DNA of 64,000 nucleotides from Octopus sinensis (GCF_006345805.1 NC_043014.1:23932001-23996000); one strand, 5' to 3'; positions 1-12,949 are shown, counted from the stretch's first letter. A program made the numbers and translations. Notes: generated from the sequence alone by a model not told the origin.

Positions 1-2286
1 AGCATCGATGAGCAGTGGGAATCATTCAGGGACACGGTTCATTCCATCGCCCTTGAAACTCTGGGCCAAATTACGAGGAACCACCAGGACTGGTTCGACG
101 AAAACGACCAGGAAATCCAAAAGCTCCTGGAAGAGAAACGCCGTCTGCTGCGGGCTCACCAAAATGACACCACCTGCACGGCAAAGAAGGCCGCTTTCAA
201 CAACATTCGCAGCACAGTCCAGGCTAAACTCCGCCTCATGCAAGACGCATGGTTAAGCGCCAAGGCGGATGAGATTCAGGGATACGCAGACAAACACGAC
301 ACCAAGAAATTCTACGAGGCGCTGAAAGCTGTCTATGGACCGCAGTTCTCCTTTGGATCAACCCCCCTGCTCAGCTCAGATGGAACCTCACTCCTGACTA
401 ACAAGAGGCTGATCCTGGAGAGATGGGCGGAGCACTTCAACATCGTGCTCAACCGACCAGCCCAGATCAACGAGGAAGCCATCGCACGACTCCCCCAGGT
501 GCCGACAAACCACGAGTTGGCTGTTCCCCCTGCAGTCGAGGAAGTGAGCAGAGCCATCAAAAAAATGTCCACCGGCAAAGCTCCAGGCTCTGACGCCATC
601 CCTGCAGAGGTGTTCAAGTCGGGCGGCCCCACCATGATCAGTCAGCTCACCAGCCTGTTCCAGTCGATGTGGGACAGGGAACAACTCCCTCGAGATTTCC
701 GGGATGCAACAATCGTTCACATTTATAAGCGGAAAGGAGATCGGCAGTCCTGCGACAACCACCGAGGTATTTCCCTCTTGTCCATAGCAGGCAAGATCCT
801 GGCCCGGGTCCTGCTTGACCGCCTTCTGGAACACTTGGAGCAAGGCCTTCTCCCTGAGAGCCAGTGTGGCTTCCGTGCGGGTCGAGGGACCACTGACATG
901 ATATTCGCCGCCCGCCAGCTCCAGGAGAAATGCATGGAGCAGCACCTTGACCTCTGCATGACCTTCGTTGACCTCACCAAGGCCTTTGATACAGTCAGTC
1001 GGGAGGGACTATGGAAGGTCATGGGAAAATTTGGTTGCCCCAGCAAATTTATTGCAATTGTCCGCCAGTTCCACGACGGAATGACAGCCAGAATCCTTGA
1101 AGACGGCGACTCATCTGAAGCCTTCCAGGTGACCAACGGAGTCAGGCAGGGCTGTGTCCTGGCCCCAACACTGTTCAGCATCATGTTCTCGGCAATGATG
1201 TCCGACGCCTTTAGGGACTGCAAGTCCGGTATCAACATCAAGTACAGGACAGACGGGAAACTTTTCAACTCCAGGAGATTGCAGGCTGTCACAAAGGTGA
1301 GGGAGACAGTCGTCAGAGATTTTCTCTTTGCTGACGACTGCGCCCTTAATGCAATCGATGAGCAGGAGATGCAGCTCGAGATGGACAGGTTCTCATCAGC
1401 CTGTGACAACTTCGGTCTCACCATCAGTGCAAAGAAAACTGAAGTGATGTTTCAGCCAGCCCCCGGCAAACAATACCATGAGCCTCAGATAAGGGTGAAC
1501 GGACGGATCCTACGAGTGGTGGAAAACTTCACCTACCTGGGCAGCACTCTCTCCTGCAATGCCAACATAGATGCTGAAACCATCAACAGAATCTCCAAGG
1601 CAAGCAGCGCGTTTGGGAGACTGCGAAAGAAAGTCTGGGAGCGGAGAGGAATCAGCCTCAACACCAAGCTGAAAGTCTACCGGGCAGTCGTGCTTACCAC
1701 CCTACTATACGGCTGCGAGACGTGGACTGCTTACCGAAGGCACGAGCGCCAGATAAACCACTTCCATCTCAGGTGTCTTCGGAATCTCCTTCACATCCGC
1801 TGGCAGGACAAAGTCCCAGACACGGAAGTTCTGAAGCAGGCAGATCTCCCTAGCACCATCACAATCATGCGCAAGGCCCAGCTGAGATGGGCGGGCCACG
1901 TCTCCCGCATGTCCGACACTCGCATCCCAAAACAGCTCTTCTACGGTGAACTCGGCCAGGGCAGGCGCAAAGTCGGAGGGCAGAAAAAGCGCTACAAGGA
2001 TAGTCTCAAGGTCTCTCTCAAAGACTTCTCCATCGGAACAGAGACCTGGGAGACACTTGCTGCCAACCGCTCATCCTGGCGCAGCGCAATCACCGTGGGA
2101 GCAGGGACAGCCGAGGAGGGACGGATTCGGTCAGCGGAGCAGAAACGTCAGATGCGTAAAGTCAGAGCCGCCTGCACCAGTAGCACTGCCCCTACCCACT
2201 TCTGCCCCACCTGTGGGAGGGGCTTCCTTGCCCGGATTGGCCTCACCAGCCACCTCCGGTCTCATGGCGGCAGTTCCATCAGATGA
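1..2286 (+). CDS. RTE-clade (BovB-like) LINE ORF: reverse transcriptase plus C-terminal C2H2 zinc finger; 5' part (endonuclease) lies outside the window
   Basis: Frame 1 is open from base 1 (SIDEQWESFRD...) through the annotated 682-aa ORF. RT motifs VDLTKAFD, GVRQGCVLAP and FLFADD, the RTE C-terminal QLRWAGHV, and terminal CPTCGRGFLARIGLTSHLRSH are present. Confidence 0.97.
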   Translation, partial: SIDEQWESFRDTVHSIALETLGQITRNHQDWFDENDQEIQKLLEEKRRLLRAHQNDTTCTAKKAAFNNIRSTVQAKLRLMQDAWLSAKADEIQGYADKHDTKKFYEALKAVYGPQFSFGSTPLLSSDGTSLLTNKRLILERWAEHFNIVLNRPAQINEEAIARLPQVPTNHELAVPPAVEEVSRAIKKMSTGKAPGSDAIPAEVFKSGGPTMISQLTSLFQSMWDREQLPRDFRDATIVHIYKRKGDRQSCDNHRGISLLSIAGKILARVLLDRLLEHLEQGLLPESQCGFRAGRGTTDMIFAARQLQEKCMEQHLDLCMTFVDLTKAFDTVSREGLWKVMGKFGCPSKFIAIVRQFHDGMTARILEDGDSSEAFQVTNGVRQGCVLAPTLFSIMFSAMMSDAFRDCKSGINIKYRTDGKLFNSRRLQAVTKVRETVVRDFLFADDCALNAIDEQEMQLEMDRFSSACDNFGLTISAKKTEVMFQPAPGKQYHEPQIRVNGRILRVVENFTYLGSTLSCNANIDAETINRISKASSAFGRLRKKVWERRGISLNTKLKVYRAVVLTTLLYGCETWTAYRRHERQINHFHLRCLRNLLHIRWQDKVPDTEVLKQADLPSTITIMRKAQLRWAGHVSRMSDTRIPKQLFYGELGQGRRKVGGQKKRYKDSLKVSLKDFSIGTETWETLAANRSSWRSAITVGAGTAEEGRIRSAEQKRQMRKVRAACTSSTAPTHFCPTCGRGFLARIGLTSHLRSHGGSSIR

Positions 2287-2321
2287 TGTCAGTTGGTCAT
2301 CTTCGAACCGAAGGACGAACA
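1..2321 (+). mobile_element. Young RTE/BovB-like non-LTR retrotransposon, 3' portion with short 3' UTR
   Basis: Uninterrupted ORF and GC/CpG-rich composition that ends abruptly after GGTCATCTTCGAACCGAAGGACGAACA (~2321), where AT-rich host sequence begins. Confidence 0.92.
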
Positions 2322-3119
2322 TTATGCAACGGTCTGCTATGGAGAAAATAATGAGGTTGACTCAATGGAAATATATACATACACACACATACATACATAC
2401 ACACACATACATACACACACATACATACACATACATACACACACACACATACATAGATGCAGACCTATGTTAAAAGTGCTGGCAAGTTTGCATGACAACT
2501 ATTTTTTTTCCTCAAATGAAAGGCGTGACCTCTAAGACAAAATTCCTCATCTTATAAAATGTGGCCCCAGTACACCCGAATGAAATCGCGTTATATTAAC
2601 CAAAATGTGAAAAGGGGTCTAAATGGGGCTGGAAGGGGATTAAAATTTAAAGGAGCGGGTGTTTAGCAATTCTCTGTTACATCAAGCTAAAAAATTTGCG
2701 CCAGCCTTTTAATCGTCAATGTGTTGCCGTCCATGATTTTACGCCAGCCGTTAAACTGTCAAAACGTTGCTGTCCGTCGTTAAGAAATGCCAGCCATGCT
2801 GACTCTACTACCCTCAGATTCTATCCCTTCGAACTTTGGTTTCCAATATTTCATTATTTTTATTCAGCTTGCAAGTTCGTCTGTCCCTTTTAAATGTTAG
2901 TGTTTTGCTGTCTGCCTTGAAGCAGACCTTTCCGTTGTTACTGCCTGATATTTATGATTGATCTTTCTAAATATTTTATTTCTCAACTTACTCAAGATCT
3001 TTTGTTGTTTATAAATGGGAGAGAGATAGATAAAGATAGAGAGTAAGAGAAAGCGAGGGAGAGTCCGAGAGAAAGGAAGAGTAAGAGAGTGGGAAAGTGA
3101 GAGAGAAACAAAGAGGGAG

Positions 3120-3435
3120 AATCATCATCATCATCATCGTTTAACCTCAGTTTTCCGTGCTAGCACGGGTTGGACAGTTTGACCGGGGTCTGGGAAGCCA
3201 GGAGGCTGCACCAGGCTCCAGTCTGATCTGGCAGTGTTTCTACTGGTGGATGCCCTTCCTAACGCCAACCACTCTGTGAGCGTAGTGGGTGCTTTTTTCG
3301 TACCGCCGGCACAGGTGCCAGGGGGGCTGGCAACGGCCACGATCGGTTGGTGCTTTTCACGTGCCACCAGCACAGAAGCCAGTCAAGGCGGCGCTGCAAT
3401 CCGCCACGTTCGGATGGTGCTTTTTACGTGCTGAA
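3120..3435 (-). mobile_element. 5'-truncated 3' UTR fragment of the PHD-type RTE family, with (GAT)n tail
   Basis: Reverse complement of the 3' end of the element at 54300-54702 (CATCATCATCGTTTAAC... CCTTCCTAACGCCAACCAC). Confidence 0.85.
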
Positions 3436-3439
3436 AGGA

Positions 3440-3607
3440 AGCAACAGAAAGTAACAACCACACTCTTACCCGCGCGTAGAGCGGGTCACCTTCAGCTAGT
3501 CTAGATATATAAAGCTGAAGTTGTCTGTGTGTGGCAGGTTTTGTAGCCTTCAATTAACACTAGCTATATATATAGGGAGATGTATACATATAGATGAATA
3601 TTTATAG

Positions 3608-3657
<50 letters not shown>

Positions 3658-5040
3658 CACACACATGTATATATATATACATGTATAGATATAGATGTAT
3701 ATATGTATATGTATAGCTCTATATGTATACATGTATATGTATAGCTGTATTTCTATAGATATAGATGTATATGTATACATGTCTATGTAGATGTATATAT
3801 ATATAGATGTACATGTAATATGTACACATATATACGTGCATACATATATACACCCATGCACGCATACACCCCCCACACACACATACATAAGTGCAAGTGT
3901 GGGTGTGTGGTAACTAACTTGGTCCCAAAATACATGGTCCTCAGTTCAGTCCCACTGTGTGATAATTTGGCATGTGTTTTCTGCTATATCTGTCTGCCTG
4001 TCTGTCTGTGTGAATCCCTAAAACTTGAGAACTACACAACCAATTTCATTCAAATTTACAATGCAAAATATTTAATTTTCAAAAGTTCCAGTTCTAAAGG
4101 GTCGAAACAAACCCGAGCAACGCCGGGCGATACTGCTAGTCTACCTATATAAAAGAGGGAAAAAACTTGCACACTTTGGCTTTGGTTAGGATTCAATGGC
4201 ACTAGACGTGCTAGGATCGAGCTGAAAATTGGCAGGGATACTAAATGCGTGGTGAGGATGTGACCCACGATGGTTAGAATTCGCGATAAGTGGTTGTTGT
4301 GAAGATATTAAGGGTTTGCAGGGTATAAATACCCCCAAACGGTGCATAATAGGAAAAGTTTCCGAAATTAACTTGATCCTGGAAGGGAAGTAACTCTTAC
4401 CTTTCGACTATACAGTGACTTGACAACGTAAAATGCTAGTTTACCTATATAAAAGAGGAAAAAAAACTTGCACACTTTGGCTTTGGTAAGGATTCAATGG
4501 CACTAGATCCGGTCGGATTCGCTCCAAAATTTACAGCGACATGTAAAAAGAGGCGAGGATGTGACTGGGCTAGGCTCTATCTCAAAAGCTGTGGTTACTA
4601 GGGCATAAAACCCCACACTTTGACAAGTTTTTGTCGTTTCTCTCTTTCTCTTATCTGCCTGTCTTCCTCCGTCTCTCTCTCTCTTTCCTCCCTTCTCTTC
4701 ACTTCCTCTCTATAACGACGTTTGAAGCTTCCACTATCTTTCCCCCGCTGCCTTCGCCGGCGCTGTCACTCTTTTTAAACATCCATTCTCTCTCTCTTTC
4801 TGTACGTGGCAAAGAGAGTGAAAATTCATTGTCTTTAAAAGGACTTTGACAAGTGTTTGTTGTTTCTCCCTTGCAGTTATTACCCTTTCTTCTTCCATCT
4901 CTCTTTCCCCCTTCCCTCCTGTTTATCTCTATAACGGCTTTTGACAGCTTCTACTCACTCTCTTTCCCTCTCCGTATTCGGTGTCTCTCTGTCGCTCTTT
5001 CTCCCCCAGCCTCACTCACTCTCTAATTTCTCAAGATTGG
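3440..5040 (+). mobile_element. Cluster of non-autonomous Helitron heads and tails
   Basis: 3' ends with GC hairpin plus CTAG (ACCCGC..GCGGGT 3468-3486 then CTAG 3496; CCCG..CGGG 4112-4127 then CTAG 4136; CTAG 4436). Each is followed at once by a TC/TT-TA-rich head. Heads at 4140 and 4440 are the same family. Confidence 0.7.
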
Positions 5041-5465
5041 TACTTAGAGTTAGGGTTAGGGTGTTACATATTCCAGTGCCCTAATAATTACAGGTATAAA
5101 TTTGAACTTGTAATCTGGGTAGAGTAACTGCAGGTTTCTCAATAGTTCAGCATAGGTATTTTCGTGTGGGGGGGAGGGAGGCAAGAGTGTGTATCTATTC
5201 ACATAAGAATCTCACATGAAGAATTTCTGAAATGTCTTATAAATCTTCACTGTATCACTAACAGATTGGATTTGGAGGATCTGTATCAGTTTCTTTTGCT
5301 CCTTTTCTGTGAAATCAAGGGTTCCTAAGTTTTTGTGCAATTTTTTGGGTACAGAACTTAATGCGCCTATGATCATTGGTACAAATGAAAATTCCTTATC
5401 AAGGTACAAGAGCTCCACATTAATTCACCATAAATGTTCTCTTTTTCCTGGACTTTTGATTGTAC
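5020..5465 (-). mobile_element. R4/Dong-like LINE 3' fragment (restriction-like endonuclease tail)
   Basis: Homologous to 6130-6350; translation FVPMIIGALSSVPKKLHKNL. Confidence 0.75.
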
Positions 5466-5479
5466 ATTCATGTGGATTA

Positions 5480-5520
5480 TGTATGTATGTATGTATGTAT
5501 GTATGTATGTATGTATGTAT
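5480..5520 (+). repeat. (TATG)n microsatellite; further copies at ~5945-6000 and ~6915-7020
   Basis: Direct reading of sequence. Confidence 0.95.
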
Positions 5521-5940
5521 TGGGAGTGAAGGACTCCTAGCCTTTGTTAGGGCATCCTTCTAGGAGAAGGTAACTCAGGTAATTGGGATAACTCCGATAT
5601 AAAATCTGCGGCTCAGTGGTTACCGATGATGTTGACTTGTTCTTATTTTCGGATTATGGCTGCTGTTGCTTTGTGAATGGGATTGACTCAGTGCACAGCC
5701 TTTCCTCACTTTAAAAAAATCTTCTTGCACAGGCATTGCACGATAACAACATTGATTAAGCTTCGTGCAATGGCCATACTTGATAACGAGGGGGCAGCCA
5801 CCATGTATGTATGTACGTATGTATGTATGTCATTATTCAGTTTATTCCAAGCCTTCTTGCCAATAAAAAAAGAACCAGTTTCTAACCTAGATCCAAGACT
5901 CCTTCATTGGAATTTCTACATCAACAACAGGGTATTTTTG

Positions 5941-5974
<34 letters not shown>

Positions 5975-6129
5975 TGTATGTATGTATGTATGTATGTATG
6001 TGCAGATTTGTATGTTTTATGTATATATTCTCATGCATGTAGTTGCATATCTAGACATGCTCATATATATTTAAATGATAAACTTCTGGAAAGTTTTACA
6101 GATTTTTACAGTGATGGATTGGATCTGTT

Positions 6130-6895
6130 GTCTTCAAATTAGCTTTCTCCTTTCTGGTTTTGAGAAGCCTAATTTCTCAAGATTGGTATTTAGGCAGTGT
6201 GTTACATATCCCAGGACCCCAATAATTACAGGTATAAATCTGAACTTGTAATCTGGATAGAGTATCAGCAGATTTCTCAATAGTTCAGCATAGATGTTCT
6301 CTTTTTCACTGATCTTCAGCTTTATGTTAACATCCACTGGGCAGCTAATTTCCACTACTGTGCACAGTCTCTTCTCTATCCCAAATCATTATATCAGGTC
6401 TGTTGTGCTTACATTTTATTGAGGTCTTCACCAATACATTCCACCAGTATTCCTTTTTATTAAGAGTTGCTATGGCTTCTACCATATTGTGGGTTCTTAT
6501 TTCTTTGTCCTCGGAATTATCTTTCTGACGAATTTCATTATAGAGTCTTAGCTACAACATCATGTCTCATCAGTAGATAATACTGTGATGATATTTTCTG
6601 ACAACTGCTTATCATGTGCATGATATCTTCAGTGTGAACTCCACAAAGTCTACATCGGTCATCACATTTTACAGCTTTTCCTGCATTTTTATCCCTTTTG
6701 TGCATCAGGTACTTGGTTGATATTTCCTGTTCCTGGATTGCAAACACATACCCTTCAAACTGGGAGATGGTAACTCGGCTATTGGTCCATGATAAACTGC
6801 TTTGATGATCGATGTTACTATCATCATGGAGCTTTCTACTGACATATCCATGCATAGTCTTCTGCTCATATAGACTCATCCTTTCATCTGATTAT
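6130..6895 (-). mobile_element. R4/Dong-clade LINE relic, 5'-truncated
   Basis: CCHC knuckle CRLCGVHTEDIMHMISSC, then RHDVVAK, then (frameshifted) KHNRPDIMIWDRE...VEISCPVDVN, the PD..D/E restriction-like endonuclease. Confidence 0.85.
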
Positions 6896-6920
6896 ACGTT
6901 GTGGTAGAGTCGTATGTATG

Positions 6921-6954
<34 letters not shown>

Positions 6955-7899
6955 TGTATGTATGTATGTATGTATGTATGTATGTATGTATGTATGTATG
7001 TATGTATGTATGTATGTATGTTATGTCAGGTAACTTATGAGGTTTTCATGAGTGCTACTGGTAACATGGAACCCAGTACAACCTGTTGCACGGTTGGGTT
7101 GTCAGTGACTAAACCGGCACCCACACCAGGCTAGCCTGGTGAGTGGGGTTGCTAGAATCCCAGCAGGACTAAAAACAAGACCTGTGAAAAGGCCGGATGA
7201 ACCTAGTGCAGGTTCAATGACTATCTTGCAATAGAACAGGCATGCAGAAATTCCAGGATTGTAGTGGCAGTGAGGCACTCCTTAGCTCTTATTGAAGCAT
7301 GTCTCTAGGAGAAGGCTAATCTGATATAAAACCAGAAATGTAGCGAATGGCATTGTACATTTTGGGGATCTTTTGCTTATGCTTGAGATCATGGTGCTCC
7401 CACATCTCTGAGCCTGCAACTCATATTGACACCAGACATCTTGCTTCAGCATGTCTCTGGATAATGTCAATAGAGTGGAGAGGGTCTGTGAGATGTCATG
7501 CAAGTTTTATTGAACCTAAAACTTTGCGCAGGCATTGCTGACTTTTTTTCCATTTTTTTTAGATATATATTTATATATGTTTTTATTTGGAAGTCCTGCA
7601 GCAATGGGAATGTGGGGTAGCATGCAGACACGACAGGTTGCAAGCATATAGTCAGCGACCTGCATGTAGGTGGCCCATGTTAGATATAAAGTCATCTCCT
7701 TGTCACCTAAGACAGTGATGGGATTCGGTTGCTGCATAGTTGTCTGAGCAGTTCCATTTGAGGAGGGCACTGCTCACCCAGGGGCTGGGGAGGTTCTAGA
7801 AAAAAAATGAACCAAAAATTGCCTATCTTTCTCAATTTGGTCAGTTTAGCGTGACTGACAGATGTCCATCCAGTACTTGAAAAGCAAAGAGAATACTTA

Positions 7900-10005
7900 T
7901 AAAATCAGGTTAAAACTTGAATATTTTCATGTTGGAATGTGCACACTGTTGGATAACAACAGTGACTGTAGGACTGAAAGATGCACTGCACTTTGTTGCT
8001 CATGAGCTGAACCATTATAACACTGATATAGCTGCACTTTCAGAGACTCATGTAGAAGGTGATTGTCAGCTTGAGGAAGTAGGAAGTGAATACACCTTTT
8101 TTTGGAAGGGGAAACCGAAGAAGGAGTGCAGAGACGTTGTTGGCTTTGCATTTGATCTTAAATCCTTGTTCCTGTAAGTGATTGTCTAATGACTCTACAT
8201 TTTGCACTAGAGAGGTGGGTACTCTGCTACTTTAATAAGTACCTATGCTCCTACTTAGGTGTGATGAAGATAAAACTATTTTCTATACCTAGCTGAGAGC
8301 CATACTTAGCAAAATCCCCAATTCTGATAAAGTCGTTCTACTGGGGGATTTCAATATTAGAGTTGGAACAGTTTGGCAGACAGGTAACTCTCTTGGACAT
8401 TTTGGTATAGGGAATATGAATAGCAATGGTTTCATGCTTCTGGGACTTTGCGAGAGATACAGACTTTACATTGTAAGCACTCATTTTAGGCTCAAAGGGG
8501 ACCACACAAAAATATGGATGCACCCAAGGTCTAAAGTTTGGTACTTGCTGGATTATGTCAAGATGTCACAAGTGTGGCATCTATGACATTTGTAATGTCA
8601 AGTCCTTTCATGGTTCAGAGTGCTGGACAGACCACAGTCTGGTGTGAGCAAAGTTCCAGATGATGATCAGAGTGAAAGAAAGAAGAGGGCCAGTTGGCAT
8701 TCCTTGGTGTCTGAATGATGCTGTGGTGAGTAAAGAACTTCAGAATAATTTAGCCAGCATTGAAAATACTACAGCATGGGAAGATTTTATAGACCAGGTT
8801 TTTCAATGTGCTGCTGAAACACTGGGATATGCTACTGCCAGATGCAGAGACTGGTTTGATGAAAATGATGCTAAAATTCAGCAACCGCTGGTCATGAAAC
8901 ACTATACCCACAGTGTATTACTGCATAGAAGACTTCCAGCTGTGCTTCAAAATCTAGCTCTTGCCCACAACAGCAGTGTAAAATCACTACTGTAGCAATC
9001 TCTCAGGAAGATGTAGAACACCTGGTGGGAGGATCTTGCTTGTGATGTTCAGGCTGCTGCTGATGCAAGTGACAACATGAAGCTTTACCATCTTATGAAG
9101 CAAGTTTATGGGCCTAAGAGCTCTGCATCGGCTCCTTTGCTTTCCAAGGAGTCTTCTACTTTGTTTAATAAATCAACAAAGGTCACAGGTTGCTGGATTG
9201 AACATTTTTCTGAACTCCTAAACTGTGAGTCAGCTGTGGACAAAGCAGTTATTGACACTACACAACAAAGACCTGTCGTTAGCTCCTTAAATTCCATGTC
9301 CTCATAAGATGAAGTAATGACAGCAATAAGTATATTTGTAAGGCACCTGGTAAGGATGGTATTTGTGCTGAGGTCCTGTGATTTGGTGGTGATCACATTA
9401 CACAGCCCCTTCATGAACTTATTAGTGTAATCTGGAGGGATGGTGCAATGCTGAAGGACTAGAAAGATGTAATTATTCTTCCTTTGTATAAAGGAAAGGG
9501 AGCCAGATCAGAGTGTGGCAACTACAGAGGTATTACTCTAAAATCAGCTGCTGGTAAGGTTCTAGCAAGTATTCTTCTTAGCCATCTGAATAGGTGTCTT
9601 GTAAATGATATCCTATCTGAACCTCAGTGTGGTTCCGATCTGGTAAGAGGAATGATGGATATGATTTTGACAGGGGAGACAGATGCAGGAGAAGTGCTAT
9701 GAGCAGAATACAGATCTTGTCCAGGTATTCATTGATTTAACCAAGGCCTTTGATACTGTGAATAGGGTCTCTCTATGGAAAATACTTGGCAAACTTGGAT
9801 GTCTGGATCATTTTGTATCTATAATCAAATCATTTCCTGATGGGATGGAGGCTTGGGTCAATGCCAGTGGTGGTATAGCAGGACCCAATCCTGTAGAGAC
9901 TGGTGTCAAGCAGGGTAACATCCTTGCCCCAACTCTCTTTTTTCTGTACTTCGCTGCTACTCTTACTTACGCTACTCTTACTTACGCTACTCTTACTCAT
10001 ATAAG
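7900..10005 (+). mobile_element. Old, decayed RTE/BovB-like LINE (AP endonuclease plus RT, many stops and frameshifts)
   Basis: Fragments DIAALSETH, YTFFWKG, DWFDEND, VYGP, YKGKGARSECGNYRGI, IDLTKAFD and GVKQGNILAP in shifting frames. Ends in a 3x 15-bp repeat at ~9955-10000. Confidence 0.9.
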
Positions 10006-10711
10006 GTAGTTTTGAGTGCACAATGTTCTTAAAGGTTAGAAATGGTTTTCCTCAGTCATGGGTGGACTGTATGTATATATGCATGCATCCATGAATGCAT
10101 ACATGTAATCGTCGTTTTAGTGTCCACTTTTCTATGCTTGCATGGGTCAGATGGAATTCATCAAAGCATATTTTCTACAGTCAGACACCCCTCCTATTGT
10201 CAGATGCCCCCCACTATATATGCTGTATATGCTGTATGTGTATGTCACCAAAAGACTTCGTAACTGTGTGTTCTAGAGAAAAATGGATTTGATTTTTGAA
10301 ACCTGAGTCTAATTTCAAATGAGGAATAGCTCAACTTTCAGATCACCAGCATTGACTGTCTTTAGAAGCTGCCACCTTAAACTCATGATTACCTGAGTGT
10401 GTGCATTTGTGTGTGCATATGTGTGTGAGTGATATCTTATAAATGTTTATCTACCTCTCTGTATCATGTCTCTCTGTCTTTAATGCTTCCCTCTCTACAC
10501 ATATATATTTACCACACTCTCTCTCTCTATCTCTTTGTATATGTATATTTCTCACACCTCTCTCTCCATATGACATGTATCTGTCTTTGTGCCTCTCTCT
10601 AGCTGTCTATCTCTCTGTCTTTTACACTTTTCACATTGTAAAATTACCACTATCTATATATATTTACTACACTCTCTCTCTCTCTCTGTATATGTATATC
10701 TCTCATGCTCA

Positions 10712-10742
<31 letters not shown>

Positions 10743-10879
10743 AGAGAGAGAGAGAGAGCATGTGTGTATGCATGTTTGTAAGGAATTTCATAAGGATGAC
10801 AGTGTTGAAAAACTCTCACAAAATATCAGCGGCGTGCTCAGGAGACACTCAAACAAGAAAGGAATAGACTTGATGATAT

Positions 10880-11406
10880 GTGAACATGAGCTTCTATCAC
10901 ATTATCTCAGGAAACACCTAAGCACAGGGTGCTTCGATTAGATGATAAACACACAAAAGCCTCTTTCACGTGGACTCAGGAGATGATGTCCTATTTCATT
11001 CCAAGCAACTTTAATTACCAGTAAGTCTTAGTTTTACCATGACCCTCAACAAATTGCAAGGACAAATATTTTTGATTGCCTGTTTACACCTTGAAGAGCC
11101 CTGCATCAACCATGGTCTGCTTTACATTGAATGTTGAAAAGTAGGAAGTAAGAAAAATCTTTACATTTATGCACCAAATGGAAAAACAAAAAAACTTTGT
11201 TTATCAAGACTAATGTCTTGATAAACAAAGTTTGCGACTACTTCAGAAAGAAGAGTGAAAATATTATCCAAAATAATGCATAAATCCATCCTGATCAAGA
11301 AGCCTATCCATTAGGGAAAACGTGGCCTGACATGGAATAAAATAAAATTGAAATAAAGGTGTTCTGCTGTGAAAATTGCCTGGCAATGATGGGCTACTCA
11401 GCTAGT
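10880..11406 (+). mobile_element. Helitron 3' fragment: decayed Pif1-like helicase C-terminus and 3' terminus
   Basis: Frameshifted MT.NK.QGQ / HLEEPC..HG / KNLYIYAPNGKTK..VYQ motifs, then a decayed GC hairpin (11378-11394) and CTAG at 11402-11405. Confidence 0.8.
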
Positions 11407-11603
11407 ATATATAAAAGAACATGAGATGACAAAGGAATAAACAATTATCCTATGAACCTCGCTAGCTGTAAGTGCATAAGATAATCGCTTATTCCTTTGT
11501 CATCTTATTTTCTTATTGCTCCTCTGTACTTAACTAATGCTTCATTCTGAAGCATATGTATATTGAGTTCCATACCAGGTTATTAGTCTTATATGTGTGT
11601 ATA

Positions 11604-11645
<42 letters not shown>

Positions 11646-11649
<4 letters not shown>

Positions 11650-12931
11650 GTCATCCCATAAGTTCTGTCCAAATTTTGAATAAAGAAAACAAGTAATCAA
11701 ATGTTATATTTAATTGAAATTTAATCATCAATGTACTTTCCCTGATTATCTTTGACTTCCTTCTCTCTATTTACAAGCTTTTTAATCTCATCAATACATC
11801 ACTCTTTTGGTTTCAAAGTGAAGAACTCTGAAATGTCAGTTTTGACCTCCTCCTTGGCTTGCAAAAGTTATGTCCTCCAAATGATTCTGTAAACTATGAA
11901 ACAAATGGTAGTCTGAGGGAGCAATGTTGGGAGAATTAGGTGGATGAGGAATTTTTTCCCAACCAGGCTCTTCGATCTTCTGTGATGTGATCTTTGCAGT
12001 GAAGGGTAACGCATTGTCCTGATGAAACATCACTCATTTTCAATTCACTAAAGCAGTCTTTTTTTCTTCAAAGCTTGGTTCAAACGCCCTAATTGCTGAC
12101 AGTAGACTTGAGCATTGATTGTTGCATTAGGTGGTAACAACTAAAAGTGAATTACTCCTTTGCAATCTCACCGATAGAGAGAAGAACCTTTTTCCCATGA
12201 AGTTCCCTTCTTGGTTGTAGTTGAACTTTTTCCCTTTTACCAAGCCATTGCTTACAACGTTTAACATTTTGATAGGAGATCTGTTTTTCATCACCAGTCA
12301 CAAGTCTATCCAAAAAGGGTGAAATGAGTTTGTGAGAATGGAGAGAAGAGCAGATGTCAACTCGGGATTTGCGGCTGCTTTCGGACAATTCATGAGGCAC
12401 CCATTTTCCAAGTTTAAGAACCTTTCCTAGTTGTTGAAGATGATGATGAAGAGTTGTATGGTTTGAACTAAGATTTATTGCCAATTCTTCAACTGATAAT
12501 ACAGCATTTTCTTCAAGTAATGCCTCAAGGAGTTTATCATCAAACTCAACTGGATGTCTTGTTCAATCTTCATCTACAAGGCTGAAATCTCCACTTCTGA
12601 ATTTTGCAAACCATCTTCTGCAAGTTCTTTCATTCAAGCATTCTTTCCCATAAACTGAGTGTATGTTTTGAGTCGCTTCGGCTGCAGAGTTTCCTTTTTG
12701 TACTCATTAATCATTATGTGCCTCAAATGCTCTTTGGATACTTCCATGTTAGAAAGGGTTTTAATCAAAGAAATTTTAATTCTATTATTCTATAAAATAA
12801 TATTTAATTAGTTTAAATGTACACAAATGCATAAAAATAATTTTAAATTCCATTAGACATTCTAAAATGCCATTAAATTTCATTCAATTTTAAAAAAGGT
12901 AAAATCAGACAGAACTTATGGCCTGACCTGA
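11646..12931 (-). mobile_element. Full-length but decayed mariner (DD34D-type) transposon with TIRs and TA target duplication
   Basis: TIRs TCAGGTCATCCCATAAGTTCTGTCC (11646) and GACAGAACTTATGGCCTGACCTGA (to 12931), both TA-flanked. Motifs WVPHEL, VTGDEK, HQDNA and SPNIAPSDYHLF on the minus strand. Confidence 0.93.
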
Positions 12932-12949
12932 TATATATATATATCTTTT

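Noticed and set aside
2560-2900. CpG-containing unique stretch as a promoter or enhancer
   Set aside because: No adjacent exon or recognisable motif supports the call.
5044-5061. TTAGAG-TTAGGG-TTAGGG telomere-like repeat inside an R4/Dong fragment
   Set aside because: Only two perfect units, and the homologous copy at ~6190 lacks them; too short to imply telomere healing or targeting.
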